NCBI GenBank assembly: GCA_041946735.1
Contig: JBHGAY010000009.1
Coordinates: 1 to 64,000, forward strand
Reading direction: 5' to 3'
Length of the DNA: 64,000 nucleotides
DNA from: Candidatus Eiseniibacteriota bacterium
Lineage (GTDB): Bacteria > Eisenbacteria > RBG-16-71-46 > CAIMUX01 > VGJL01
The translations under genes were made by a program, and so were the position numbers. A model generated the notes under the pieces. It did no database searches and was not told the DNA's origin. It saw only the letters and a list, made by a program, of their open reading frames with translations. Positions 47,684-58,717 of the stretch are shown here, piece after piece. The stretch's first letter is position 1; the number at the start of each line of letters is the position of its first letter.

Positions 47684-48280
47684 TCAATGCACCAGGGTGC
47701 GGATCGTCCGGTCGACGCACCGTCGTGTCACTTCGCTCGCCGAGGCATCGTCCGATCCGAGGAGCGAGCCCCAGAAGCTGCGTCCATCCTCCGTGTGCGT
47801 GGCGGACCAGACCGTCGATCCCCTTTCGACCTCCACGAGCCTGGCCGTCAGAGTGATGACCGGCGTGCTGGAGGCGCCGCTGCGAGCCGTACCCGACTCT
47901 CCCACGCTTCCGAGGAACAGCGCTTGCGTACTGAGCTCTTTCCCTATGTCGACGATCTGCTGCTCGGTAAGCTCCGCCGTCCGCGTCAGCCCGTACTTCT
48001 CGAGGACGCGCGTCACCTCCCCCGGCTCGACCACTTCAAACGCCCCGGTCGCGAGAAGCTCCGAGACGAAATACCGGGTCGTGCGGAACGCGGCTCCCTG
48101 GTCCTGGCTCAGGTTCTCGAACGGAATGACCGCGACCTTCTCGACGTAGTTGAAATCGTAGTCGGGATGGAGAAACACAGTCGGCCTGCTTCCGGCGCAT
48201 CCCGAGCCGATCACGGCGGCCAACAGCGGCAGCAGGACTCCGATCCCGGGGAACGAGCGGACTGGTTTCACGGTTCTCAT
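47684..48280 (-). CDS. CsgG/GNA1162-like lipoprotein
   Basis: Lipobox IGSG-C; KVAVIPFENLS, FEVVEPGEV, LFLGSV and RLVEVERGSTVWS. Confidence 0.7.
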   Translation of the reverse strand: MRTVKPVRSFPGIGVLLPLLAAVIGSGCAGSRPTVFLHPDYDFNYVEKVAVIPFENLSQDQGAAFRTTRYFVSELLATGAFEVVEPGEVTRVLEKYGLTRTAELTEQQIVDIGKELSTQALFLGSVGESGTARSGASSTPVITLTARLVEVERGSTVWSATHTEDGRSFWGSLLGSDDASASEVTRRCVDRTIRTLVH

Positions 48281-48287
48281 CCTGTCG

Positions 48288-50423
48288 CTAGAAGGTGGTC
48301 CGGATCCCCTGCTGGAGAGACGTCGTGCTGCTCCCTCCCGCCTCTCGAAAGTCCGAACGGGATCCGGTCAGGTAGAGGCTCGTACGGGAGTTGAGGTCGT
48401 ACTCCAGCGTGGCTCCGTACCTCTCGGTCGCGGTTCCACCCGCGTAGCTGTCCAGCTCCGCCTGGGCGCTCAGGCGCACCTTGCCCGTCAGAAGCCATCC
48501 GAGCGCGTATTCCTGCGTCACCGTGCTGCCATGGTCGTCGCTCACGCTCGCCGCGGCGCGAAGGTCGATCTTTCTCGTGGCGTTCCAGTCGAGATCGAGG
48601 CGTCCCTGCGTCCGCACACGCACCGTCTCGGTCGGGATCGTCCGGGTATCCTGATGCTGCAACGACGCGCTCATATTGAGCGCAGGATGGAGCGAACCGC
48701 CGAGTGTCGCGCCATAGCTCCAGGTGTCGTGTCGAAGGCGGCCGAGGTAGTCATTGTCCCGAATCTTGCCGCCTTCGAGCCCCAGCCGGAGCTCCGGGAG
48801 CGGAGTCCCCTGAAAGCGGACCAGGACCGAGTTGTTCTCCAGGCTCCGACGCTCGTCCAGGAAGCTCAGGCGCGTTTGCGCGGTCAGATCGAGCTGGATC
48901 GTCGACAGAGGATCGAACTGCAGTGTGTAGGAGCCGAGCCTCTCCGTCACGTCCCCGATCCCCTCCCGCGACTCCTCCAGCCCCTGTTGCCAGCGCGCTG
49001 AATGCTGGAACAGGCGCGACTGGCGTAAGCGGCCGGCGAGCCGATAGTACGCGCTCGTCCGGCTTCCAACAACCGCCTCCCCCGTCTTGTGGCGGTAGCC
49101 GAGGTTGATGGAGGCGTCCGCCGCCTCGGAGAACTTCATCTGTCCGCCGACGTCGGCGATATGGGCCAGCTCCTCCCGCCGGTCCTCGTCCTCGCCGGGG
49201 ATCCCCTGCAGCACCTCGATCTCGGTGACGAGGACGTCCACGATCTCATTCAGGCCTTGCTTGACGACCTTGACATATCGCGTCTCCACCGGGACGAGCA
49301 GTATCTCGTAGCGGTTGAGCCCCGGATTGAAGAGTGGCGCTCGATCCTGAGGGACCAACCGCCAGGTCAGATTGTCGTCCGAGACGTAGGCCGCCCAGCC
49401 CGGCTGCGATCCGGAGGACCGGTCCGTGTAGAGGTACAGCGCGCGAATCTCGCGAGAGAATCCTAGATCCGCACCGGCGTTGGTTCCCTCGACCGCTCCT
49501 CCGATCCGGACCGGCGGCTGGGTCGCCCCTTGCCGGTCCCCGTCTCCGAGACCCGGGAGCGGGTCGAGCGAGCCGAACTCCGGCGTCAGATCTTCGGCGA
49601 AGAGAGGAGTGAAGTCGGGAATGGGATCCAGGATCTCCTCGCCAACGGTCCGCCGATCACGCTGGAAGCGGTCGGAGAACGTGTACGCGGCGTTCACGCG
49701 GAGATGATTGGAGAAGCCCCGAGTGGACGTGTCAAGACGAGCGCGGTGCCCCGTGAGGTCGCTCTGCACGCCGTGGATCACGTTCTCGGTCCTACGCCTG
49801 TCGAACTGATAGGTGACCGACTGCCCTTTCCAGGTATGCCGGATCGAGGCCTGCCCTTCCTTGTCGCGGATGTCCTGGGAGAGGTCGGCGCCACGATCGA
49901 AGATGTGATCCGCATCGAAGCGGAAGGTCAGCCTCGGATACCGGACCGCTCGGGTGGACCCATGGATCGTGAAGTTGTCCGAGATCACGTCGCCGGCCAG
50001 GCTGGACGCATGGGCCGTGCGGCGACGGATGCCCGCGCCGAGCGTCAACGCGCGGCCGCCATAGAGGATCTCGGCGGACGGCTGCACTTCGCGGTTCCAG
50101 AGGTCGGTCGCCTCGGCCTGCCGCTGGTCGGCCTTGGTGTAGAGGATGCCGGCGCGTAGATTCAGGTGCTTCACGAACGTCTTCGACCAGTTGAGCGTGT
50201 AGTGCTGCCGGACATTCCCTTGATCGTCCCCGTCGATCTCCGACTGCACCGCGCTGACGTCGATGGAGCCGCTGAACGCCTGCGGAAGGATCGCTGCGCG
50301 AGCGGAGGGAAACGAGAGGAGAAGCAGACTCAGGGCCGCACCCGTCCACCGCCCCGCACTCCCGATTCCGAGCACTCGAGTCACTCCGATCGTTCTCCCC
50401 CTCGGCCGCGAGGACGCCCGCAC
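48288..50423 (-). CDS. outer-membrane beta-barrel protein with an inserted discoidin-like domain
   Basis: Signal peptide, long run of amphipathic beta strands, C-terminal Phe (GIRTTF), and an internal 'YVSDDNLTW...TRYVKV...EIEV' segment. Start uncertain. Confidence 0.7.
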   Translation of the reverse strand: MRASSRPRGRTIGVTRVLGIGSAGRWTGAALSLLLLSFPSARAAILPQAFSGSIDVSAVQSEIDGDDQGNVRQHYTLNWSKTFVKHLNLRAGILYTKADQRQAEATDLWNREVQPSAEILYGGRALTLGAGIRRRTAHASSLAGDVISDNFTIHGSTRAVRYPRLTFRFDADHIFDRGADLSQDIRDKEGQASIRHTWKGQSVTYQFDRRRTENVIHGVQSDLTGHRARLDTSTRGFSNHLRVNAAYTFSDRFQRDRRTVGEEILDPIPDFTPLFAEDLTPEFGSLDPLPGLGDGDRQGATQPPVRIGGAVEGTNAGADLGFSREIRALYLYTDRSSGSQPGWAAYVSDDNLTWRLVPQDRAPLFNPGLNRYEILLVPVETRYVKVVKQGLNEIVDVLVTEIEVLQGIPGEDEDRREELAHIADVGGQMKFSEAADASINLGYRHKTGEAVVGSRTSAYYRLAGRLRQSRLFQHSARWQQGLEESREGIGDVTERLGSYTLQFDPLSTIQLDLTAQTRLSFLDERRSLENNSVLVRFQGTPLPELRLGLEGGKIRDNDYLGRLRHDTWSYGATLGGSLHPALNMSASLQHQDTRTIPTETVRVRTQGRLDLDWNATRKIDLRAAASVSDDHGSTVTQEYALGWLLTGKVRLSAQAELDSYAGGTATERYGATLEYDLNSRTSLYLTGSRSDFREAGGSSTTSLQQGIRTTF

Positions 50424-50506
50424 CCTGCGGCGCGGGCGTCCCCTTCTCGTGCTTCTCTTCTACTGCTTCTCTTCCGGCCGGTAGATGTCCCGGCCGCGCG
50501 GCTCAC

Positions 50507-51562
50507 TTACGGATTCGAGCCCTCGTCGTCCGCGTCCTTGACGTGGCACTTGTTGCAGAGCGAGCGCTGATGCTCGTCGTAGGGGTTCGGGATCGCGTAG
50601 CTACCCGACTCGACGCCGTCTTCGGCCAAGAGCGTGAGATTGAAGTCCCAGCGGCCGGCGTTCGGCGCGGAGGTCGCGTGCGCGCGGTGGCAGCTGATGC
50701 AGGAGACCTGGCTGCCGGCGCTGGGACCCATCGTCGACTCGATCGTCATCGACGCGTCCTCGAAGGGAACCGCGGCCAGGTACGCCGTCGCCTGCGTTCC
50801 GCCCTCGTAGTCGCTCGTCCCGTTGTACATGTTGTAGTTGTCGGCGATGCTCCCGCCGACCGTCTCGCCCGACGGGTGGATGAGCGCGGTGCCGTTGTTG
50901 TGGTAGTCGCCGTGGCAGTTTGCGCACCAGGCGCTCATTCCGCCCTGATAGGCGGTGTGGTAGTTGTTCGCCTCGGGGGCGCTGTCGCTGAAGTTGATTC
51001 CCTCGGCGGTCGGCGCCGCGTTCTCGAAGAGGAAGTAGCCGTCGTTCACCATCCGGCCCGCGCCGTACAGCAGCCGGAACGCCTGGGTCCCGTGCGGGTC
51101 ATGGCAGCTCGAACACGCGAGATGATCCGACCGGAACGAACCTCCGGGAGCGGTGACGAGGACCGGGTCGGCGACCGAGCCGTACGAGGGGGCGATGATG
51201 TTGTGTCCCGCCTTGTGCCCCGGAATCGGGTTCTGGCCACCGTTGTGACCGTCGTTGATGTTGTCCTCGAGCAGGTAGGTGAAGTTGCCGGCGCCCTTCT
51301 CGGGCGGCGGATTCAGCGGGTCGTTCCAGAACACCTTGCCACGGCTCGTCGCGTGGCACGAGAGGCACATCTCGCTCGGGTTGGCCTCTTTCAGGAGCCA
51401 GGCGTTTCCGTTCGGATGGTCCGGGTCGATCGGAACCCCATCCTCGCTGTTGTGCATCGTGTGGCACCCTCTGCAGGCCGCCACTCCGCCGTCATGGAAT
51501 GCGAAGCTGGGGGTCGCGAGGACGAAGCAGATTCCCAGCCCGATGATGATCATCCTGTGCAT
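50507..51562 (-). CDS. OmcS-like hexaheme c-type cytochrome (nanowire family)
   Basis: Signal ending SFA, then FHDGGVAACRGCHTMHNS, CLSCH, GHNIIAP, TAPGG, CSSCHDPHG, GMSAWCANCH, CISCHRAHA and QRSLCNKCHVKD. These are collinear with the Geobacter OmcS motifs as recalled. Confidence 0.88.
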   Translation of the reverse strand: MHRMIIIGLGICFVLATPSFAFHDGGVAACRGCHTMHNSEDGVPIDPDHPNGNAWLLKEANPSEMCLSCHATSRGKVFWNDPLNPPPEKGAGNFTYLLEDNINDGHNGGQNPIPGHKAGHNIIAPSYGSVADPVLVTAPGGSFRSDHLACSSCHDPHGTQAFRLLYGAGRMVNDGYFLFENAAPTAEGINFSDSAPEANNYHTAYQGGMSAWCANCHGDYHNNGTALIHPSGETVGGSIADNYNMYNGTSDYEGGTQATAYLAAVPFEDASMTIESTMGPSAGSQVSCISCHRAHATSAPNAGRWDFNLTLLAEDGVESGSYAIPNPYDEHQRSLCNKCHVKDADDEGSNP

Positions 51563-51693
51563 GGACTCGTTCCTCCCAAGTTTGGAAGCGAATGGAATGG
51601 ATGTCGTGTGCGACCACTTCGAACTGTTCTCCGCAGTGCTTCCCCTCGCGCTCGTTCCTCCTTCCCGGTCTGTCAGCCCCGATTCCGAAATCT

Positions 51694-52806
51694 CTATCGA
51701 CGAACGGCGTATCCACTGTCCGGATCGATCCCGACGGCTTGCGCATTCGCTTCTCGAATGAAGCGCGGCACACGGCACATCTGGACCTTCCCCTCGAACC
51801 ACTGCCCGACGTACACGATCTCCTTGCCGTCCGTGGCGAGCAGAGTCGGGTGGTAGAACCATCCCGGGCTGGATCCCAGCCCGCCGAATTCACCGAGGAA
51901 GGTTCCTTCCCGATCGAAGCAGAGGACCGCATAGCGGTGCTTGTCGAGAACCAGAAGAAGTCCCTCGTCGGTTCCTGCGACGGCCACGGGAAAGTTCAGC
52001 TCCCCGATGTTGTTGCCCCCGTAACCAACCGTGCGCAGGAACTTCCCCGCCAGCGAAAAGACCTCGACGGTCGCGGCCGGCGTGATCGGAACGTAGAGAC
52101 AGTCTCCGATTCGTTCGATCGAGCCGTATCCGACTTCGCTGGGCCGCGGCTCCCGCTCCACCCCGACAGGGAAGGAGCGAACGCGGCGGCCGCCCGCATC
52201 GAGGACGACGACGACGCCCTCATCGGGATCGAGCAGGTAGATCGAGCCTTCGTCATCGACCGCGAAGCTGCTCGCGTGGGCCGGGAGATCTTCCGGCTGT
52301 CCCACGGTTGCGAGAAAAAGCCCGTCGAAGTCGAAGAGGAAGAGTCGGGATCCCTCAGGCGTAGAGCCGAGGACGAGGATCCGGCCGAGTGGATCGATCG
52401 CTACATCGAGGGGTGCCCCGAAGCGAGAGCCACCGCGGAACTCGAAGCGGTAGGTTCCTTCCGCATCGAAGACGAGTATCCGGTTGTGTCCCGCTTCCGC
52501 CAGCACGAGCTCCTTCGCCGCCGGATCGAAGGCGACCGCTTGAGGTCGGAGCAGTTCGTCGGTCTCCCCGGGGAGGTTCACCATCCGGACGAAGTCCGAA
52601 GGAACCGCCCGAGACGGGGGCGCTTCCGCGCGAGGCGGGGGCGCTTCCGATGCTGCAGACTGTGCAATCGACATCGAAAGAAGGCCTGAGGCGAGCGAAA
52701 GGAGAACCGCATGCAGCGCGGCTCTTGCCTGGTGCGGAAAGAAGGCGGGGGCCCGGGTTTGGCGATCCGGCCGGCTCGCCGTTAGCATTACTTTCTGTGA
52801 ATCCAT
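51694..52806 (-). CDS. exported NHL-repeat beta-propeller protein
   Basis: Repeats PQAVAFD, PLDVAID, FAVD, LNFPVAVA and WFYHP, with a signal-like segment. Start uncertain. Confidence 0.8.
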   Translation of the reverse strand: MDSQKVMLTASRPDRQTRAPAFFPHQARAALHAVLLSLASGLLSMSIAQSAASEAPPPRAEAPPSRAVPSDFVRMVNLPGETDELLRPQAVAFDPAAKELVLAEAGHNRILVFDAEGTYRFEFRGGSRFGAPLDVAIDPLGRILVLGSTPEGSRLFLFDFDGLFLATVGQPEDLPAHASSFAVDDEGSIYLLDPDEGVVVVLDAGGRRVRSFPVGVEREPRPSEVGYGSIERIGDCLYVPITPAATVEVFSLAGKFLRTVGYGGNNIGELNFPVAVAGTDEGLLLVLDKHRYAVLCFDREGTFLGEFGGLGSSPGWFYHPTLLATDGKEIVYVGQWFEGKVQMCRVPRFIREANAQAVGIDPDSGYAVRR

Positions 52807-52990
52807 TCGCGATCAATAATATCAATAAGGGACGGCTAGTGACAAAGGCGTTAGCTGCCTTATTTATGAAGTACATCATCAGACGCGCTAATGTAATCTC
52901 TGGCCGGGACACGCATCCACTGAAGCACTTCTGAGCTAAGCTCTTCGAAAATAACAAGATTCAGTGTTGCGTCTGTCGCATTGGGAATGG

Positions 52991-53011
52991 AGCCGTCACA
53001 TGTTGACGGCT
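52991..53011. promoter_or_regulatory. palindromic putative TF site beside the AT-rich upstream region of the cytochrome operon
   Basis: AGCCGTCA-CATGT-TGACGGCT. The region 52790-52970 is markedly AT-rich. Confidence 0.4.
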
Positions 53012-53178
53012 GACGGATGGGAGGATTCCCGGAAGCTACCGGCGGCGCACTCCGACTTCGGATCCGCTGTCCGAATCTCGGCGGGGGCCGGCCACGTGGG
53101 GAGTAGGCGCGGAGGGAGGGAAGCCAGGAGCGAGCTTACCCGATGCGCTCGTCCCGTCCTGCCCGACGGGCGCGGGCT

Positions 53179-53733
53179 TCAATCCCCGTGGGCTTTTGCT
53201 GCCGCGGCCGCGGCATCGAGCCGGCGGCGGCAGTCCTCACAGAAGTCGTCCCCTTTGAGGTCGACCTCCTCCACTCCGGAGGAGAAGTGCATGGCGCAGT
53301 CGAACGAAGCGCAGTGGACGAGGCCGAAGGCGTGCCCCAGCTCGTGGAGCGCCTCCTTCTCGGCCCGGTGGTAGAAAAGCTCCGAGTCCTCCGGCAGCCC
53401 ATAGAAAGTCGGACGGAGCCGGGTGAGCGAGAAGGTGGCGGCGGGCCCGCCGAGATGGGCTTCACCGAACACGAACGTCAGGATCGGGATGTGGAGGTCC
53501 GCGTCGATCACGCCGAGGATCTTCTGCCCGCTCTCTTCCCTTCCTCGGGCCAGGGCATCGAGGATCTTCGTCGAGTGGTGCTGTCGCCGGACCGGGTCAT
53601 AGGCGAAATCGGCCAACAACGGCTCGGGCGCGACACTCACCTCCGCTTCGAGTCTCTCCGCGAGAAAGAGAGAGAGATAGGAGGTGAGAGCCTCGTCGAC
53701 GACCCCCACCGGAACGATGAGGATGCGGCGCAC
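53179..53733 (-). CDS. archaemetzincin family Zn-dependent metalloprotease
   Basis: FVFGEA, EKEALHELGHAFGLVHC, CAMHFS and FCEDC. Confidence 0.9.
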   Translation of the reverse strand: MRRILIVPVGVVDEALTSYLSLFLAERLEAEVSVAPEPLLADFAYDPVRRQHHSTKILDALARGREESGQKILGVIDADLHIPILTFVFGEAHLGGPAATFSLTRLRPTFYGLPEDSELFYHRAEKEALHELGHAFGLVHCASFDCAMHFSSGVEEVDLKGDDFCEDCRRRLDAAAAAAKAHGD

Positions 53734-53736
53734 CTC

Positions 53737-55085
<1,349 letters not shown>

Positions 55086-55089
<4 letters not shown>

Positions 55090-56723
55090 TTCGCCACCTC
55101 CGGTTGCCCTTCCCGGTTTTCCGGGGGCTGGGGAGGAAGATGGAAGCGGAAGCTCGTTCCTTCCCCAGGAACGGATTCCACGTCCACCTTGCCTCCGTGC
55201 CCCTCCAGGATCCCATACACAACGGCCAGGCCGAGCCCGGCGCCGCCTTCCTTCGTCGTGTAGAACGGCTCGAAGAGATGGCGCCGCGTCTCCTCGTCCA
55301 TCCCCACTCCCGTGTCCCGGATCTGCACGCAGATCCCGCGTCCCTCCGAATCGCGCCGGGTCGTCACCGACAGCACTCCGGAGCCCGACTCGCCCTGCAT
55401 CGCTTCGCACGCGTTGATCAGGACGGCGACGAACGCCTGCCGGATCTGCTGCGGATCGCAAACGATCGAGGGCAGATCGGCGGCCAGGTCGAGCTCGCAG
55501 CGCAGCCCCTGCAGGTCGATCTGGTGCTGGACGAGGCGGACGGTTCCCCGGACGAGTTCGTTGATGTCGCACGGCTCCGCCTTCGGCCTCGACGGGCGCG
55601 AAAACTGAAGGAGATTCTTCACGATCTCGCCGCAGCGGGTCGCCTCGCTTTCGATCTGCGCGAGGATCTCCTGGGTTTCCGACGAAGCGGAGTCCGGACC
55701 GTTCTCTGCCGCGCGCCTACTCGCGCGCTTGCCGAGCAGCTTGGCGTAGGTGCGGATACCGGCCAGGGGATTGTTGATCTCGTGAGCGACGATCGCGGCG
55801 AGCTTCCCCATCGACGCCATCTTCTGCGTCTGCAGCATCTCCTCCTGCGCCCTCTCCAGCGCCCGCGACTTCTCCTCCACCCGCGATTCCAGCGTGCGAG
55901 CCCAGGCCGCCTCCTTCTCGCGCGCCAGCGCCAGCTCCGCGGTCATCCGGTTGAACGAGACGGCCAACCGTCCCAGCTCGTCGTCCGACGCGATCGGGAT
56001 GCGCCCGGTGAGGTCGCCCCCGCCGATCCGCTGAGTCTCCTTCATGAGGCGCTTCACCGGAACGTGCACCATCCGGTACAGCAGCCAGGAGCACAGGGCG
56101 ATCAGCGCCAGCAGGACGAGCGAGATCGAGACGATCAGCTGCCGCGAGACGCGAGCCAGCTCGCGATCCACGTTCTCGAGGGTCATCTGCACGTCGAGCA
56201 CTCCCAGCACCCTCTTGTCCGCTGGGTGGGCATGGCACGAGGCATTCGCGCAGCTCGGCTCGTTCTGGATCGGGGCGATCATGCCGAGAGTCCGGTGGCC
56301 GTCCGGGTTGCGGAAGATGCGGAAGCGCTCCGACTGCGGGATCTCCGGGACCGGCTCCTGGCCCCGATGGCAGTTCACGCACGCCTCGGCGCGCGGATCG
56401 ACCATCTGCCCCACTTCCTCGGAGTGAGTCGAGTAGCGGATCCGTCCCCCCTCGTCGTAGATCCGGATCCGGTCGAACTCGGGCTGCTCGCCGGTCGCCT
56501 GGATGATCTCGAAGATTTCTTGCCGTTCGTTGCGGAACATGAAGGACCGGGTGCTGCGACGGATCAGATCGCAGACCCGGTCGGTGTCCCGTACGACCGT
56601 CTTCTCCATCTGCCTTCGGCTCTCGCCCACCACCCAGAAGCCGAGCAGCCCCAGGAACAGGGCCACTCCACCGGCGAGAAGCAGCGAGAGCCGAAACGCG
56701 AGTGCCCTCGGTCCGAACCTCAT
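55086..56723 (-). CDS. sensor histidine kinase with a heme-c-motif periplasmic domain and HAMP
   Basis: TM, CVNCH and CANASCH, TM, HAMP, AHEINNPL, NACEA, DTGVG, FEPFYTTK and GLGL. Confidence 0.92.
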
Positions 56724-57883
56724 CGATTCCCCGCGCGGTCCTCCCTCCCGGCCGCCCCCACGTAGGCAGGCTGCGCGTGCGTGCCGTGCCCGAAGAGGGG
56801 AAGATGGCGCGCGGCGAGCCCGAAGACGGCGAACCCGATCGCGACGATCATGACCGTGATCGAGACCTCCGTCCAGGCGGGGAAGTAGTCCGCCCGAATC
56901 GACGCCTCCATTCCGGTGATGCTGACGTTCAGCCGGTGCATCACGAACCCGAGGATCGCGAGCAGCGAGATCGCGAACTGGCCGCGCGGATGCTGCCGCA
57001 CCTTTCCGACGAGCAGCAGCGCGATCGGCGCGAGCAGCCCGAGGAACACCTCGATCCAGAAGAGGCCCGCCTCGGGCGTGGCCTGGACCGCGTAGCGGAT
57101 CGCCCCGCGCTGGACGACGTCCAGGATCCGCAGCAGGGCGTACGGAACGAGCAGGACCAGCGCCATCCGGCAGAGATCATGACGGACGTCGGGAGCGAGC
57201 GCGTGCCCGAACGCGCGCTGGCTCAGGAACGACTCCATCAGGACCATGCAGCAGCCGACCGCCAGCGCCGAGAGGAAGAACAGCACCGGCAGCCATGACG
57301 AGTACCAGAGCGGATGCAGCTTGTTCGGAACGATCAGGTAGAGCGAACCGAGCGACGACTGGTGCAGCGTCGAGAGGAGCACGCCGGCGATGATGAAGAA
57401 CGGCAGCGCCGATCGAACCAGCGAAAGGGCCCGCTTCCAGCGCAGCCGCTCCAGCACGGCGGGGCTGAACTCGACGGCGAGCACGGTCGTGTAGAGCATG
57501 ACGCACCAGGCGACCTCGAACATCACCGAGCGCGGGTTCCACATGACGATCGGATGCCAGATCATCCACGGCCTGCCGAGATCGATCAGCAAGGCGAAGA
57601 TGACGAGGAGGTAGCCGAGAAACGCGGTGAGGATTGCAGGCCGGATCACCGGCTCGAACCTCTTCACGTTGAAGATGTGGACGGTCGCGGCCATCGCGAA
57701 ACCGCCCGCGGCGAGCCCGACGCCGCAGAGCAGATCGAAGCCGATCCAGAGCCCCCAGGGGAATCGGTCGCTCAGATGGGTGGCCGAACCCAGGCCCTGC
57801 GTGAAACGCAGAACGGTGCTGTAGAGACCGAGACCGAGGATCACCGCGAAGACGACACGCCAGAAGCCGAGGCGCACCTTCAT
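56720..57883 (-). CDS. NrfD/PsrC family (HybB/HmcC-like) integral membrane subunit
   Basis: RFTQGLG, PWGLWIGFD, DLGRPW, SVMFEVAWCVMLY and LSTLHQSSLG; about 10 TM helices. Confidence 0.9.
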   Translation of the reverse strand: MKVRLGFWRVVFAVILGLGLYSTVLRFTQGLGSATHLSDRFPWGLWIGFDLLCGVGLAAGGFAMAATVHIFNVKRFEPVIRPAILTAFLGYLLVIFALLIDLGRPWMIWHPIVMWNPRSVMFEVAWCVMLYTTVLAVEFSPAVLERLRWKRALSLVRSALPFFIIAGVLLSTLHQSSLGSLYLIVPNKLHPLWYSSWLPVLFFLSALAVGCCMVLMESFLSQRAFGHALAPDVRHDLCRMALVLLVPYALLRILDVVQRGAIRYAVQATPEAGLFWIEVFLGLLAPIALLLVGKVRQHPRGQFAISLLAILGFVMHRLNVSITGMEASIRADYFPAWTEVSITVMIVAIGFAVFGLAARHLPLFGHGTHAQPAYVGAAGREDRAGNR

Positions 57884-58656
57884 CACTCCACCCCCATCCC
57901 TTCCGCCCGCTCGCGCGCCGCCATGCGCTCGCGAGCCAGAACCATGCGCCGGTTGATGATCCAGTAGAGGCCCGACAGGAGGCTCCCGCCCACCAGGACG
58001 ACGTTCGGCAGCTTCGAGAGAACCGCCTCGGTGTACTCCTCCATCGGATGGCCGGGCAGGTTCACCGGGAGTCCCAGCTCCGCGAAGGAAACGTCCGAGA
58101 GGATCAGGACCGAGGTCCCGCCTCCCTCCTCCTCGCCATAGACCTGCTGGACGTAGACGTCCGGCTGCTGCGCGATCCTCTCGTGCGCGATCTTCAGCAG
58201 CTCCTCGCGATCCCCGAAGAGGGTCGCTCCGGTCGGGCAGGCCTCGGCGCAGGCGGTGGGAAGTCCCTGTGCGAGTCGCGGCGCGCAAAGGATGCACTTG
58301 CGGACGGCCGGGTTCGTCGAGGACCACTCGTAGCGCGGCACCCCGTACGGGCAGGCCATCATGCAGTAGCGGCAGCCGATGCACCGAGACTCGTCGTAGA
58401 GCACCGGCCCCTCGGGGGTCTTGTGGAACGCGCCGACGGGACAGACGGACGCGCAGGTCGGGTGGAGGCAGTGCATGCACATCCGCCGGATGTTGCGCGA
58501 ACCGTCCGCTACCTGCCTCTCCTGCACGACCGTGTAGGACTTGTCGGAGAGCTCGTTGCCTTCCGTCTCGGGAAGGTGGTTCGCCTCACGGCAGGCCTCG
58601 CGGCACGCACCGCATCCCACGCACTGGGTGACATCGAACAGGATCCCCTTACCCAT
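57883..58656 (-). CDS. 4Fe-4S dicluster electron-transfer subunit (HybA/HmcB-like)
   Basis: CVGCGACREAC, CMHCLHPTCASVCP, CIGCRYCMMACP and CILC...CAEACP, with a C-terminal TM. Confidence 0.92.
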   Translation of the reverse strand: MGKGILFDVTQCVGCGACREACREANHLPETEGNELSDKSYTVVQERQVADGSRNIRRMCMHCLHPTCASVCPVGAFHKTPEGPVLYDESRCIGCRYCMMACPYGVPRYEWSSTNPAVRKCILCAPRLAQGLPTACAEACPTGATLFGDREELLKIAHERIAQQPDVYVQQVYGEEEGGGTSVLILSDVSFAELGLPVNLPGHPMEEYTEAVLSKLPNVVLVGGSLLSGLYWIINRRMVLARERMAARERAEGMGVE

Positions 58657-58717
58657 GACCTCCCTCCGTCGTGAGCGTGCTGCAGCGCGCGCTCGCCGTA
58701 TCGATCCCCTCTTGAGA

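Noticed and set aside
51563..51693. c-di-GMP/cGAMP (GEMM-I) riboswitch upstream of the omcS-like gene, as in Geobacter
   Set aside because: No recognisable GEMM consensus by eye. An Infernal search would be needed to exclude it fully.
56720..58656. Hydrogenase-2 (hybAB) or formate dehydrogenase operon
   Set aside because: No NiFe large/small subunit, maturation genes or molybdopterin subunit in the window.
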